Source: Candidatus Saccharimonadales bacterium
GTDB taxonomy: Bacteria; Patescibacteriota; Saccharimonadia; Saccharimonadales; EFPC-124
Reading direction: 5' to 3'
Assembly (NCBI GenBank): GCA_035280845.1
Contig: DATEFB010000017.1
Span: 1-61,871 of the forward strand
Length of the DNA: 61,871 nt
Below the pieces are notes generated by a model. It ran no database searches. It was not told the DNA's origin and saw nothing but the letters and a program-made list of their open reading frames with translations. Both the position numbers and the translations under genes were made by a program. Shown here in pieces: positions 34,751 through 44,687 of this stretch (the stretch's first letter is position 1; every line of letters starts with the position of its first letter).

Positions 34751-35546
34751 TTTCTTCGCCAAATCCCTGGTGGCGGGTATGGAGCGGTTCCCCGGCCTTG
34801 ATGTTAATCTTATCTTTTAGTACATTTGCATCTTTGAGCGAGCCTACCAAAAAGTCGCGCTCAATGGTCGTATCGTCTTCAATGCCATGGTCGATTTGGA
34901 GGTTACGAAACCGTACATTCAGCCCGGCATCCAAGATTGCAGCACCAACCCAAACTTCCTTTTTGCGGGTCAGGAACTTTTTGAGAAGCTTACGCCAGAA
35001 CCCATGATGTTCATGTTCGTCTTCGAGGAGGGTAGTGCCAAGCCGCCAGAAGCGAACGTGGTGCCGGTGACGCGGGCTGCGCCCAACAGGAATTTGAAAG
35101 CCCAGATCCTGCTTGCGACCAAAGACATAGTAATTTCCAAATGGCGCGGTGGGGTATGACCGGTTGAGCATGACGGCAAGTACCATTTTAGCGCGCGTTT
35201 TTATAGTCAGGGTATCGGCTGGCAGCCAACCGGCCTTTTGCATGGCCCAGGTAAAGTCCCGCTCGCTCCGGGCAAGCACTACGATGTTAATAGCGTCAAC
35301 GGCCCAGCCGTCAGAGGCGATTGTGCGCGTCGGCACATGGGTTGGCGGCTGAATAAGGTGGCGCACACGAAGCAGGGCGGGCAGTGCTACATAGGCCAAA
35401 AAGGCATAGGTGATAATAATTGCCAACAAAAATGGCACCTTGGCATCAACTGCCGGGAAGAATTTGAATAACGTAAACCAGGCCAGGCCCACAATAAGGG
35501 CCAAAACCAACAGGCGTTTCAGCACAACTAAGCCATAATGCAACAT
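34656..35546 (-). CDS. LssY C-terminal-domain-like membrane protein
   Basis: 296 aa with three N-terminal TM segments. The segment YPTAPFGNYYVFGRKQDLGFQ..RHRHHVRFW resembles the LssY_C family. 95-nt convergent overlap with the previous gene. Confidence 0.5.
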   Translation of the reverse strand: MLHYGLVVLKRLLVLALIVGLAWFTLFKFFPAVDAKVPFLLAIIITYAFLAYVALPALLRVRHLIQPPTHVPTRTIASDGWAVDAINIVVLARSERDFTWAMQKAGWLPADTLTIKTRAKMVLAVMLNRSYPTAPFGNYYVFGRKQDLGFQIPVGRSPRHRHHVRFWRLGTTLLEDEHEHHGFWRKLLKKFLTRKKEVWVGAAILDAGLNVRFRNLQIDHGIEDDTTIERDFLVGSLKDANVLKDKINIKAGEPLHTRHQGFGEEIIADGYVALCELKRQLLPPAGYGEPTQGKRQ

Positions 35547-35581
35547 TTACTTTATTATACGCTGCGCTATGCTAAAGTCGT

Positions 35582-36064
35582 ATGTCATTGTCCGATATTT
35601 TACTCCGAATTATGGCTGACGGCCTTGTGGTCCCGGTAGTTGTTGTGGGCGGAGTTGCCATGCTCAAAGTTGCCGCCGACAAACGGTACCAGGTTGTTGC
35701 GCGAGGTGTTGCTACTGGCTTGATTGCTTTGTTCTTTGCTGGGATCGCGCGGTTGCTGTACCAAGACGGAGCCCGACCGTTCCAGCTTTTAGGTGTCGAC
35801 CCGGGCGCAGCCTACCTGGATAACCCGGGTTTTCCATCTGACCACACGCTCCTCGTCTTTACGGTGACATTTGTGGTGTGGGCGGCTACCAAAAACAAAA
35901 CGCTTGGCCTGAGCCTTCTTACATTAAGTGTGCTCGTTGCCACGGGGCGTGTTTTGGCTCTGGTGCATACGCCCGCAGATGTAGCTGGCGGGATCGCGTG
36001 CGCCCTGCTCGCCGCCTTTGTTATGTACGGCAAAACTCTTTTTAGGCTCGATACTACAAAGTAA
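35582..36064 (+). CDS. PAP2-family phosphatase
   Basis: Motifs are PSDHT and GRVLALVHTPADVAGG (SRx5Hx3D-like). Confidence 0.75.
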   Translation: MSLSDILLRIMADGLVVPVVVVGGVAMLKVAADKRYQVVARGVATGLIALFFAGIARLLYQDGARPFQLLGVDPGAAYLDNPGFPSDHTLLVFTVTFVVWAATKNKTLGLSLLTLSVLVATGRVLALVHTPADVAGGIACALLAAFVMYGKTLFRLDTTK

Positions 36065-36100
36065 ACTTGCTATACTATAAAAAACATTGCAAGGGGAGCT

Positions 36101-36601
36101 ATGGCCACTACTGATATTAACTCGCCAACCGAGCTAAAACCGTATATCGAAACCGATCGCATGGAAGTACTGCGAGTTCTTATTATTGGACTTATTGTCG
36201 GGCTTGTTGTGCCGCTGTTGGGAATCGCAATCGCCAATGGGCTAATCTCGCCAATTTTTTGTAACGCCAACCAGAGTTTCAGCATTTGCGCTTCCGGCGG
36301 TGTCGTGGCCTACCATACTGCCGGGATTGTCGTTGCGCTTGCCGTTGTGGCGTTGTTTGCAAACTGGAGTGTGTTCCGCCCGTTACCGCTGGTCATGGCC
36401 GCCACAATTGCCATGTGGGGATTCAAAAAGTTTGTCGAACCTCTGACGACCAGCTGGATCGAATATTACGCGCTTTCCATGCTGCTGACTGGCCTGTGTT
36501 ATGTGCTGTTCTTTTGGTTGCTCCGCCTGCGCAATTTTCCACTGAGCATTATTCTTACCACCGCTGCAACGGCGCTGGTGTGCTGGGCGTTAGTGGCGTA
36601 A
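36101..36601 (+). CDS. hypothetical membrane protein
   Basis: 166 aa with about 4 TM segments. No family recognised. Confidence 0.5.
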   Translation: MATTDINSPTELKPYIETDRMEVLRVLIIGLIVGLVVPLLGIAIANGLISPIFCNANQSFSICASGGVVAYHTAGIVVALAVVALFANWSVFRPLPLVMAATIAMWGFKKFVEPLTTSWIEYYALSMLLTGLCYVLFFWLLRLRNFPLSIILTTAATALVCWALVA

Positions 36602-36613
36602 AATAGGAGGGCT

Positions 36614-37699
36614 ATGGACATAACCGTTTTGATAGTGATTTTGGGGGTTGTTATTGTTGGCTTTGGAATCGTCATTTACATGATGAACCAGCGCCTTGGT
36701 GACCTTAAGAACGACACGACTGCCGCGCTTTTAAAGCAGGACCTGTTGGCACTTACCGAAGGCATGGGTACGCTTAAGGAAGGGCTGCAAACGCACTTGA
36801 CCGACCGGCTCGATAAAAACCAGGAACTCATGCGGGAATCGATTATGAAGCAATTTTCTGCAAGCTCCAGGCTTATTACCGATGTGACCGAGCGCCTGAC
36901 TAAACTCGACGAGACAAACCGGCGCGTCGTTGACGTTGCAGACGAGCTGAAGCTTCTGCAGAACGTCTTGCAGAATCCAAAACAGCGTGGCGTTCTAGGC
37001 GAGTATTATTTGCAGACCGTCCTTATGAACGTGTTGCCACCGGCACGTTTCCAGATGCAATATAAGTTTAAGGACGGCGAAATTGTTGATGCGGTGATCT
37101 TTTTAGAGAAAGATAAAATACTGCCAATCGACTCTAAATTCTCGCTCGAGAACTACAATCGCCTGGTTGAAGAAAAAGACAAAGACAGGCGCGAGGCTAT
37201 TGCAAAACAGCTGAAGGTCGACCTAAAGAACCGGATCGATGAAACCAGCAAATACATTCGTCAGGCAGAAGGCACTATGGATTTTGCGTTCATGTTTATT
37301 CCCAGTGAGGCTGTGTACTACGACCTGTTGGTAAATAAAGTCGGTACCGCAGGCACGACATCGCGCGATTTAATAGAATACGCCTTCCACGACAAGCGTG
37401 TCATTATTGTGTCGCCGACGTCATTCATGGCTTATTTGCAGACCGTTATGCAGGGGTTGCGAAGCCTACAGATTGAAGAGCAAGCCAAAGAAATTCAGGT
37501 CCGCGTTGTGCAGCTGCGCCAGCACCTCGAAGCGTACGACGTGTACATGAACAAGCTTGGATCCAGTCTTAGTACAACAGTGAACCACTTTAATACAGCC
37601 CACAAAGAGCTGAAAAAAGTAGATAAAGATGTCGTGAAGATTGCCGCTACAACACCCGTTATTGAGCCTGTTGTGGTTGAACGTCCGCAGATGGATTAG
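36614..37699 (+). CDS. rmuC: DNA recombination protein RmuC
   Basis: 361 aa with an N-terminal TM, a coiled coil, and an RmuC C-terminal nuclease-like region (GVLGEYYL..DAVIFL..LPIDSKF). Confidence 0.8.
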   Translation: MDITVLIVILGVVIVGFGIVIYMMNQRLGDLKNDTTAALLKQDLLALTEGMGTLKEGLQTHLTDRLDKNQELMRESIMKQFSASSRLITDVTERLTKLDETNRRVVDVADELKLLQNVLQNPKQRGVLGEYYLQTVLMNVLPPARFQMQYKFKDGEIVDAVIFLEKDKILPIDSKFSLENYNRLVEEKDKDRREAIAKQLKVDLKNRIDETSKYIRQAEGTMDFAFMFIPSEAVYYDLLVNKVGTAGTTSRDLIEYAFHDKRVIIVSPTSFMAYLQTVMQGLRSLQIEEQAKEIQVRVVQLRQHLEAYDVYMNKLGSSLSTTVNHFNTAHKELKKVDKDVVKIAATTPVIEPVVVERPQMD

Positions 37700-37716
37700 T
37701 TATTTTGGTCCCACAT

Positions 37717-37745
37717 AAAAACCAGCCCGCTCGGGCTGGTTTTTA
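37717..37745. terminator. bidirectional intrinsic terminator
   Basis: AAAAACCAGCCCGCTCGGGCTGGTTTTT, between convergent rmuC and the aquaporin gene. Confidence 0.8.
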
Positions 37746-37760
37746 ATTTCACGGTAAGAC

Positions 37761-38648
37761 TTACGCTGCTTCTTTTGAAGTCGGCGATGTGCCTTCTGTG
37801 TCCCACTGTAGCAGGCGGAATAGCCATGCACCCGCAATAGCACCAACGGCTGGGGCAAGGGCATATACAGCCAGAGCAGGCCACAGGTTGCCGGGCTTGT
37901 AGGCATCAAGGCCAAGTGCCACGGCTGGGTTTAAGATGGCGGTCGTCCCCTGGTAAGTTGCAACGAGCAGACCAAGCATCAAGGCGCCACCAACGACGTA
38001 TCCAGCTTCAAGTCCTTCACGGCGGGTAAACTTGGCAGCAGCAACACCCAAACCTAACACTAATGCACCAAGTGCTTCAGCGAGGAATGGACGCCAGTCG
38101 CCATCAAGTCCAGCGACCTTAAACATTTCTTGTTTCTGGGCGGGTACCATTTCGCCAGTGAATTGGCTTTGTACCATTGTGTCCGGCGTAGTTGCCAGGA
38201 ACTGGCCAACGACGACAATTGCCAGCATTGCACCAAGCAACTGAGCGACAATGTATGCTACAGAACGCATTGCGCTAATTTGGCGTGTTGCTAACATGGC
38301 GAGCGTAATTGCCGGGTTAAGGTGTCCGCCCGAAAGACGACCAAGAATGATCGTAAATACAAGCACGGTGACACCGGCAATGATTGCGTTGCCGCTGGTG
38401 TTTAGTAGCAGTACAGTCAGCACGAACGTACCAACCATCTCTGCAAATAAGGCACCCAGTGAAAGGTCGCCAGACAAGCGGCGAGAAAGGATGTCTTTGT
38501 AGCTGCTTCGAGCTTTAGCGGCGCTGGTGCGAGTAACCGTTGTGCGCACAGCCGGTGCGGCTGCAGCCTTGGTGGTCGTCTTGCCAGCTGGCTTGGCCGA
38601 CGATTTTGTCGTCGATTTAGCCTTGGTAGAAGATTTGGTTTTTGGCAT
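37761..38648 (-). CDS. MIP-family channel (aquaporin/glycerol facilitator) with Lys/Thr/Ala-rich N-terminal extension
   Basis: Start trimmed to MPKTKSST (SD AAAGGAGGG). Two NPA boxes (HLNPAITL, ILNPAVAL). Confidence 0.85.
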   Translation of the reverse strand: MPKTKSSTKAKSTTKSSAKPAGKTTTKAAAAPAVRTTVTRTSAAKARSSYKDILSRRLSGDLSLGALFAEMVGTFVLTVLLLNTSGNAIIAGVTVLVFTIILGRLSGGHLNPAITLAMLATRQISAMRSVAYIVAQLLGAMLAIVVVGQFLATTPDTMVQSQFTGEMVPAQKQEMFKVAGLDGDWRPFLAEALGALVLGLGVAAAKFTRREGLEAGYVVGGALMLGLLVATYQGTTAILNPAVALGLDAYKPGNLWPALAVYALAPAVGAIAGAWLFRLLQWDTEGTSPTSKEAA

Positions 38649-38776
38649 TATCCCTCCTTTATTGTATGCGGGAAGTATACCACAAGCGCCATTTCTTAAA
38701 CAATCTGTTGTGGCCGGACAGGTCGTATAAAACGCAACAATTGCCGGGCGGTGTGCGTGGTACAATACCATACGTT

Positions 38777-39016
38777 ATGGCACTATTTTTAAAACAAAAT
38801 GAAGAGCGTTCGCAGCTACAAGAAAAAATCGCCGCCGACTTAATGGACCGCACAAAAGTGACGGGCAGCGCGGGTGGTGGGATTGATCCTGAAAAGTCAG
38901 TGATGCTCGAAGATTCGCAGGAAGCTACGGGCCGTTCAGTGTTCTGGGTGGGGGTTGTGACCATGGTAGTGATCGCCCTGGTAGTGTTCGTCTTGTTTAT
39001 CTTCAACGGTATTTAG
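38777..39016 (+). CDS. small tail-anchored membrane protein
   Basis: 79 aa (MALFLKQNEE...). The extended -10 TGGTACAAT at 38758-38766 ends 10 nt before the ATG (leaderless type). Single C-terminal TM. Confidence 0.5.
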   Translation: MALFLKQNEERSQLQEKIAADLMDRTKVTGSAGGGIDPEKSVMLEDSQEATGRSVFWVGVVTMVVIALVVFVLFIFNGI

Positions 39017-39031
39017 CCGTATACTTGGTTC

Positions 39032-39658
39032 ATGAATATAACCGTTGTCTCTGGTAGCTCAAGGCCGGATGGCCAAAGTCTTAAAATTGCTAAATGGGCG
39101 CAGTCCAAGCTTGCGGGCATGGGGCATGCGGCCACGCTTATCGATTTGCATACACTGCGCCTTCCACTCGACATTAATCTCGATGTCACCAACCTTAACG
39201 AATCGCCCGAGGCTTTAACTGCCTGGAATCCGGTTCGATCCCAACTGCAAGAAGCAAACGGCTTTGTGTTTGTTTCGCCGGAATGGAATGGTATGGCTCC
39301 GCCGGCGCTCCTGAACTTTATTCTGTATGGTTCGGCCGACGAGACAAAACCGTTCGCGCACAAGCCGATCCAACTTATAACCGTGTCGAACGGGCGCGGC
39401 GGGGACTACCCGGCGGCTGAGCTGAAAGCGTACGGCATGAAGAATGCGCTTGGTGTATATATTCCTGGGCATGTTGCTGTGCGCAATTGCCGCGACATGT
39501 TTAACGGCCCCGAACCAGCAGCCGGCAACAAAGACGATGCCTACATTCAAAAGCGTACGCTATACGCGCTGCAATCGTTATTACTGTACGCCAAGCCACT
39601 AACCGCAATGCGCGCAAACTCCACAATTGACCTCCTGGCATACCCTAACGGCATGTAA
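39032..39658 (+). CDS. NAD(P)H-dependent FMN reductase-family oxidoreductase
   Basis: ITVVSGSSRP..FVFVSPEWNGMAPPALLNF is typical of the FMN_red family. Confidence 0.8.
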   Translation: MNITVVSGSSRPDGQSLKIAKWAQSKLAGMGHAATLIDLHTLRLPLDINLDVTNLNESPEALTAWNPVRSQLQEANGFVFVSPEWNGMAPPALLNFILYGSADETKPFAHKPIQLITVSNGRGGDYPAAELKAYGMKNALGVYIPGHVAVRNCRDMFNGPEPAAGNKDDAYIQKRTLYALQSLLLYAKPLTAMRANSTIDLLAYPNGM

Positions 39659-39720
39659 GCGCGGCATCTGCTGCCAAACTATGCACTTTTTATGCTGTTC
39701 ACGGTATACTGAGTCAAGAT

Positions 39721-40728
39721 ATGAAAGAAGTACAAGACGCGTCACGGCTGCTAAAAACGCGGTTCGATGACATTGCCGACAAACGAGAGATTCTGAAGGC
39801 GCCTGAACTAAAGGCGTTATATGGAAAAATTAAAGATGCCGAAGACAAAGCCGCTTTTGGCCAGGCCGTGAACACTCTTAAGCAAGAGCTTGAAGCTATG
39901 GTTGAAGGGTACGAGGCTGCGCAGGCTTCTGCTGAGCTTGCGCCGCTGGACCCAACTGCACCGTTCGACACCAACAGCACGCCCGCGAACCGCCCACGGT
40001 TAATGGGGCCAGAGTCGGGCAGTCGTCATCCACTTAGTACGGAGCGCCAGGTTGTCGCAGACATTTTTGCGCGCATGGGCTTTAAAACCATTGATTCCCG
40101 TCAGATCGACGACGACTACAACATGTTCGGCGCGTTAAACTTCCCGCAAGGCCATCCTGCCCGCGACGACTACGATACATTCGTCACCGAGGAAGGCCTG
40201 ATCGCCCCTGCGCATACCAGCACTATGCAAAATCGCGTGCTTAAAATGAATGAGCCGCCAATCCGCACGGTGATTATTGGGCGCGTCTTCCGCAACGAAG
40301 ACCTCGATGCCAAGCACGAACATACACTCAATCAAATTGAAGGCGTGTACGTTGATAAAAATATTAATGTCGGCCATTTGCTGGCGACACTTCAGGCATT
40401 CTTGGAGGCGTATTATCACACTAGTCTTAAGTTCCGCATCCAGCCTGCATACTTTCCGTTTGTAGAGCCCGGTTTTGAGTTCGCTATCAGCTGCCCATTC
40501 TGCAACGAAGCTGGCTGCATGACCTGCAAATACGAAGGCTGGATAGAGCTTTTGGGTTGTGGCATGATCCACCCGAACGTCCTTCGCGAAGGTGGCATTG
40601 ACCCCGAAGTCTACACCGGCTTTGCTTGGGGCATGGGCCTGGACCGTTTGGTCATGATGAAGCACGATATCGAAGACATCCGCAACTTCCAATCCGGTAA
40701 ATTACAATTCTTGAGGCAGTTCAAATGA
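39721..40728 (+). CDS. pheS: phenylalanine--tRNA ligase alpha subunit
   Basis: 335 aa with class II motifs (FPQGHPARD, RVFRNEDLDAKHEHTLNQIEG, GFAWGMGLDRL). Confidence 0.95.
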   Translation: MKEVQDASRLLKTRFDDIADKREILKAPELKALYGKIKDAEDKAAFGQAVNTLKQELEAMVEGYEAAQASAELAPLDPTAPFDTNSTPANRPRLMGPESGSRHPLSTERQVVADIFARMGFKTIDSRQIDDDYNMFGALNFPQGHPARDDYDTFVTEEGLIAPAHTSTMQNRVLKMNEPPIRTVIIGRVFRNEDLDAKHEHTLNQIEGVYVDKNINVGHLLATLQAFLEAYYHTSLKFRIQPAYFPFVEPGFEFAISCPFCNEAGCMTCKYEGWIELLGCGMIHPNVLREGGIDPEVYTGFAWGMGLDRLVMMKHDIEDIRNFQSGKLQFLRQFK

Positions 40729-43217
40729 AAGTTTCTATAGAGTTCATGAAACGGTATTCGGGCGATGAGCAGTGGCAGCTCACACCCGAAGAATTAGTGG
40801 CAAAGATTGGCCGTCAGCTTGGTGCCGTAGAGGAATCCGAGGGCCTTGCTGCGCGCTACGCAGGCATTGCAATCGTTCAAATTACTGAGGCGAAACCACA
40901 CCCGAACGCCGATAAATTGAGTGTGTACCAAATGACCAACGGCACCGAAACCGTGCAAGTTGTTTCTGGCGATACTAGCCTGAATGTAGGCGATAAAGTT
41001 GCCTGGATTGCGCCTGGCCAAACCGTTCCAAGTACTCACGGCACAAGTGCGCCGGTTGTTATGGAAGCCCGCCCATTGCGCGGTGAAGTAAGTAACGGTA
41101 TGTTTGGGTCTGGCCGTGAGCTTGGCTTGAACGAAGACCATCAAAAAGTGTTGGTGCTCGATACTAACGAGCCTGCCGGTACGCTGCTTGCTGACGCCTA
41201 CAACTTGAACGACACTATTATTGATATCGAAAATAAAATGTTCACCCACAGGCCCGATGGGTTCGGCAATTTGGGCGTTGCCCGTGAGATTGCGGGTATC
41301 CAAGGCCTGCCGTTTGCAAGCCCTGAATGGTATGCGCACGATGCTGTTTTGCCAGCACCTCAGGCAAACGACCTGAAGGTGACGGTGCGCAACGAAATTC
41401 CCGAGCTCGTACCGCGTTTTGTTGCAACGCCGCTTGCGAATATAACAATTGCACCAAGCCCATTGTGGATGCAATCATTCCTGCAGCGCATTGGCGTTCG
41501 CCCTATTAATAATGTCGTCGATATTACCAATTACTACATGGTGCTCACGGGCCAGCCTCTGCACGCATACGACTACGACAAAGTGAAGGCGCTCTGTGGC
41601 GGCGACAAAGCAGAACTGGTTGTCCGCAAACCACGAAAAGGCGAAACGATCGAACTTCTTAATGGCAAAACAATTGAACCGCATGCCGACACAATGATGG
41701 TTTACGCTGGCGAGGTTCCGGCCTGTGTTGGCGGTATGATCGGCGGCTCAACAACCGAAGTCGATGCATCGACCAAAACCATTATTCTGGAAGGCGCAAC
41801 GTGGGACATGTTCTCGATTCGCCGCACATCGATGCACCATGGTATTTTTACAGACGCCGTGACGCGTTTTAGCAAAGGCCAGAGCCCGTTGCAAAACACC
41901 GCAGTCGTAGCGAAGGCCGTCGCAGACATGCAAGAGCTTGCCGGTGCGGTTGTTGCTGGCGAGTCAGTAGACGTAAACCATGTCGGCAAAGACGCCATGG
42001 TGCGCGGGAGCGTTCATGCGCCGATTGCCCTGAGCGAAGAGTTTATTAACACCCGCCTTGGCACGCACCTTCGCGCCGACGACATTGCGGTCATTTTAAA
42101 CAATGTAGAGATCGCCGCCGAAGTCCGTGGTGCCGAGCTGATTGTTACCCCGCCATTTTGGCGAACCGACCTAGAGATTCCCGAGGATATCGTAGAAGAA
42201 GTCGGGCGCTTGCATGGTTTTGACCAGTTGCCTCACGAGCTGCCAACCCGTTCAACAAGCGCGGTCAGCGTTTCTAAGCGTGACACACTTAAGAATCGCA
42301 TCCGCAACTTGCTGGCAGCAGCGGGCGCAAACGAACTGCAAACATATAGCTTTGTTCCGGCAAAACTCATGCAAGATGTTGGTCAAAATCCTGAGCACGC
42401 ATTTGCAATCCGCAACGCACTGAGCCCCGAATTGCAGCATTACCGCATGAGCCTCACGCCAGGATTAATAGAGAAGATTCATCCGAACATTAAGTCGGGG
42501 TATGGCGAGCTTGCGTTATTCGAGATTGGTAAAGTGCACATCAAAAACGACCTTGATTGTGATGGCTTGCCGCGCGAATACCAAACGCTTGCGTTCGCAT
42601 ACGCCGCCAAAGCAGGGGATGGCTCGCCGTTCTATCAGGCAAAATATTACCTCGAATATGTGCTTAATGCCTTGAATGTGCCACACACCTACGTGTCGGC
42701 AGATGCGGAATCACCCTACGAAATTGGCCGTCAGATTTTTGCACCGTTTGAATCTAAGCGTTCAGGGTACCTGCTCATTGGCGAAGAGGGCGAGTTCGGA
42801 GGATTTGTTGGCGAGTACACAGCAAAAGCCCGAAAGGCGCTCAAGCTGCCAGACTATGCCGCTGGATTCGAGATTGATATTGACCGGGTTCTAAAGCACC
42901 AGCGTGCGACCGCTTACCAATCATTGTTGAAGTTCCCGGCTACGGAACAAGACGTCTGTCTACGTGTTGAGTCACCTGTGCGGTACGCCGACCTGGAGCG
43001 CCTGGTTAGCGGCGCATTGGCAGCCGATGAGCGCTTACGCGTCGGCGTGGCGCCTCTGGATATTTACCAGCGCGAAGATGATGCCGCCCACAAGCAGATC
43101 ACCTTCCGCATTACTCTGCAACACACCGATCGGACGCTGACCACGAATGAAGTGAACACTCTGCTCGATACAATGGTGCAGAGTGTTCAGGCACAGTTGC
43201 CTGCCGAGCGAATCTAA
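40725..43217 (+). CDS. pheT: phenylalanine--tRNA ligase beta subunit
   Basis: 830 aa with a tRNA-binding OB, B3/4, B5 and C-terminal FDX-ACB-like regions. ATGA overlap with pheS. Confidence 0.95.
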   Translation: MKVSIEFMKRYSGDEQWQLTPEELVAKIGRQLGAVEESEGLAARYAGIAIVQITEAKPHPNADKLSVYQMTNGTETVQVVSGDTSLNVGDKVAWIAPGQTVPSTHGTSAPVVMEARPLRGEVSNGMFGSGRELGLNEDHQKVLVLDTNEPAGTLLADAYNLNDTIIDIENKMFTHRPDGFGNLGVAREIAGIQGLPFASPEWYAHDAVLPAPQANDLKVTVRNEIPELVPRFVATPLANITIAPSPLWMQSFLQRIGVRPINNVVDITNYYMVLTGQPLHAYDYDKVKALCGGDKAELVVRKPRKGETIELLNGKTIEPHADTMMVYAGEVPACVGGMIGGSTTEVDASTKTIILEGATWDMFSIRRTSMHHGIFTDAVTRFSKGQSPLQNTAVVAKAVADMQELAGAVVAGESVDVNHVGKDAMVRGSVHAPIALSEEFINTRLGTHLRADDIAVILNNVEIAAEVRGAELIVTPPFWRTDLEIPEDIVEEVGRLHGFDQLPHELPTRSTSAVSVSKRDTLKNRIRNLLAAAGANELQTYSFVPAKLMQDVGQNPEHAFAIRNALSPELQHYRMSLTPGLIEKIHPNIKSGYGELALFEIGKVHIKNDLDCDGLPREYQTLAFAYAAKAGDGSPFYQAKYYLEYVLNALNVPHTYVSADAESPYEIGRQIFAPFESKRSGYLLIGEEGEFGGFVGEYTAKARKALKLPDYAAGFEIDIDRVLKHQRATAYQSLLKFPATEQDVCLRVESPVRYADLERLVSGALAADERLRVGVAPLDIYQREDDAAHKQITFRITLQHTDRTLTTNEVNTLLDTMVQSVQAQLPAERI

Positions 43218-43228
43218 CAGCTCATACT

Positions 43229-43265
43229 AAAAAATACCGGCCCCTTTGCGGAGCCGGTATTTTTT
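43229..43265. terminator. bidirectional intrinsic terminator
   Basis: AAAAAATACCGGC-11 nt-GCCGGTATTTTTT, between convergent pheT and the GH5 gene. Confidence 0.8.
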
Positions 43266-44427
43266 AGCGTTTCAGGAACGGTATGATTGCTTGTTTGGGT
43301 ACGCCATCTTTGCGGTAGAGGCCAAAGAAATCTTCTGGGTGGCTGGACTGCTCTTTGGACTTAATGTCGTAGAAGCCATACATCATCCGTACGGTTACTT
43401 TAGCTTCCCGGAATTTGTAGTGCATGAATTCATCAATCATTTTGGCGTGGAGCGCTTCGTCTACATAAGAATCGGGCACAGAGTCGTAGTCCTTAAAGTG
43501 CTGGTCTTCGAGGGTAGCTTTAATGCCGGTGCCATGCGTGGCTGCACCATATTCGGTAAGCCATATTTCGTTATCGCCCTTGCCGTTCGCCTTCATGACG
43601 CCAAGGACAGTTTGCATGTCTGGGATGCTGGGGTCGCCCTCAATTTGGGTGAACGCGCTCCATTTGGCATGCTGGCTGGGAAGTGCTGGCGGGCTGTAGG
43701 GGTGAAGCCCCACGGCATCAAAGTTGGTGGCGCCAGCTTGATAGAGCTGGGAAACAAAATTCACAGGTGCGTTTTCGCCGTAGGCAGGGGCTAAACCGCC
43801 AGACCCGACTTTTGCGTCAGGAGAAGCCTGTTTGATTGCCGCGCCAGCCTGCGAGAGCATGGCAGCGTATTTGGTGACGTTTGGCTGTGGTGCAAAGAAA
43901 CTCCGGGTATTTGGTTCGTTCCAGATTTCAAATTTCTTAACGGTCGTCTTGTACCTAGCTGCAACCTGGCCGGCAAAATTTGCAAATTTGGCGGGGTCGG
44001 CAGGTGCGCATCCATACTCGTTTACGCAAGCGGCATCGCGGGCCCATTTTGGTGCGAATCCTACCATAGCCACCACACCAAGCCCACGCCGAGTGGCTGC
44101 GTTAACGATGCGGTCTGTCTCGCGCCATTCCCACGCGCCAGTTTCCGTCGGTTGAATAACGGCCCAGTCCATATCTATGCGAACAGAATTTGCCAGTATT
44201 TTGGCGCGGTTCAATTTAAGGTCTATCTCTTCATTCGATTTCCAAAAGAGGGTTGTGCCCAGTGAGAAGCCCTTTGCCTCTTGGCTTGTGGCAGGGGCGG
44301 TAGCAAGAAGCTCTCCGGTCCGTGGCGGTGGGGTGCCAATAGTACAGAACGCTGTAGGGAGCGCCAGATATAGTGCGACTGCGGATTGAACTATACAATT
44401 AGGCATTACGTTTGGTAATTGTAGCAT
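43264..44427 (-). CDS. secreted glycoside hydrolase family 5-like (cellulase superfamily)
   Basis: The catalytic acid/base context is FEIWNEPN and the nucleophile context is IWLTEYG. The signal peptide may begin at the alternative start 44406 (MPNCIVQS...). Confidence 0.75.
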   Translation of the reverse strand: MLQLPNVMPNCIVQSAVALYLALPTAFCTIGTPPPRTGELLATAPATSQEAKGFSLGTTLFWKSNEEIDLKLNRAKILANSVRIDMDWAVIQPTETGAWEWRETDRIVNAATRRGLGVVAMVGFAPKWARDAACVNEYGCAPADPAKFANFAGQVAARYKTTVKKFEIWNEPNTRSFFAPQPNVTKYAAMLSQAGAAIKQASPDAKVGSGGLAPAYGENAPVNFVSQLYQAGATNFDAVGLHPYSPPALPSQHAKWSAFTQIEGDPSIPDMQTVLGVMKANGKGDNEIWLTEYGAATHGTGIKATLEDQHFKDYDSVPDSYVDEALHAKMIDEFMHYKFREAKVTVRMMYGFYDIKSKEQSSHPEDFFGLYRKDGVPKQAIIPFLKR

Positions 44428-44446
44428 AAGCTCGTTTTAAGACAAT

Positions 44447-44468
44447 AAAAAAGACCACTGAAGTGGAC
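44447..44468 (-). terminator. intrinsic terminator 3' of the small minus-strand ORF
   Basis: On the minus strand: GTCCAC-TTCA-GTGGTC followed by TTTTTT. A second hairpin GGTCCCG..CGGGACC lies at 44472-44498. Confidence 0.5.
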
Positions 44469-44522
44469 TGAGGTCCCGGCCGAATGACGGACGGGACCGT
44501 GTCAACCAGCTGGTCATGCGGC

Positions 44523-44687
44523 TCAACTGCCGAGGATGTAGTTGATGCCGAGGCATCCCGCGCAGCACAACACAACAAAAAGAAAAACGATGCCGCACGC
44601 GACGGCACCCTTTGCCGCGTAGTTGATGATCGGCTCTCGGGGCTCAAGATCTTCTTGCAGACTGTCGTCTGCGAATTCGCTGTCCAT
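44523..44687 (-). CDS. small tail-anchored Cys-rich membrane protein
   Basis: 54 aa from MDSEFADD. Acidic N-terminus and one C-terminal TM (GIVFLFVVLCCAGCLGI). A terminator lies downstream. The SD is weak. Confidence 0.4.
   Translation of the reverse strand: MDSEFADDSLQEDLEPREPIINYAAKGAVACGIVFLFVVLCCAGCLGINYILGS

Noticed and set aside
39232-39242. GGTTCGATCCC, a tRNA T-arm-like motif
   Set aside because: It lies inside the FMN-reductase coding frame. The flanks do not form an acceptor stem, D-arm or anticodon arm. I found no tRNA-like cloverleaf in any intergenic region of the window.
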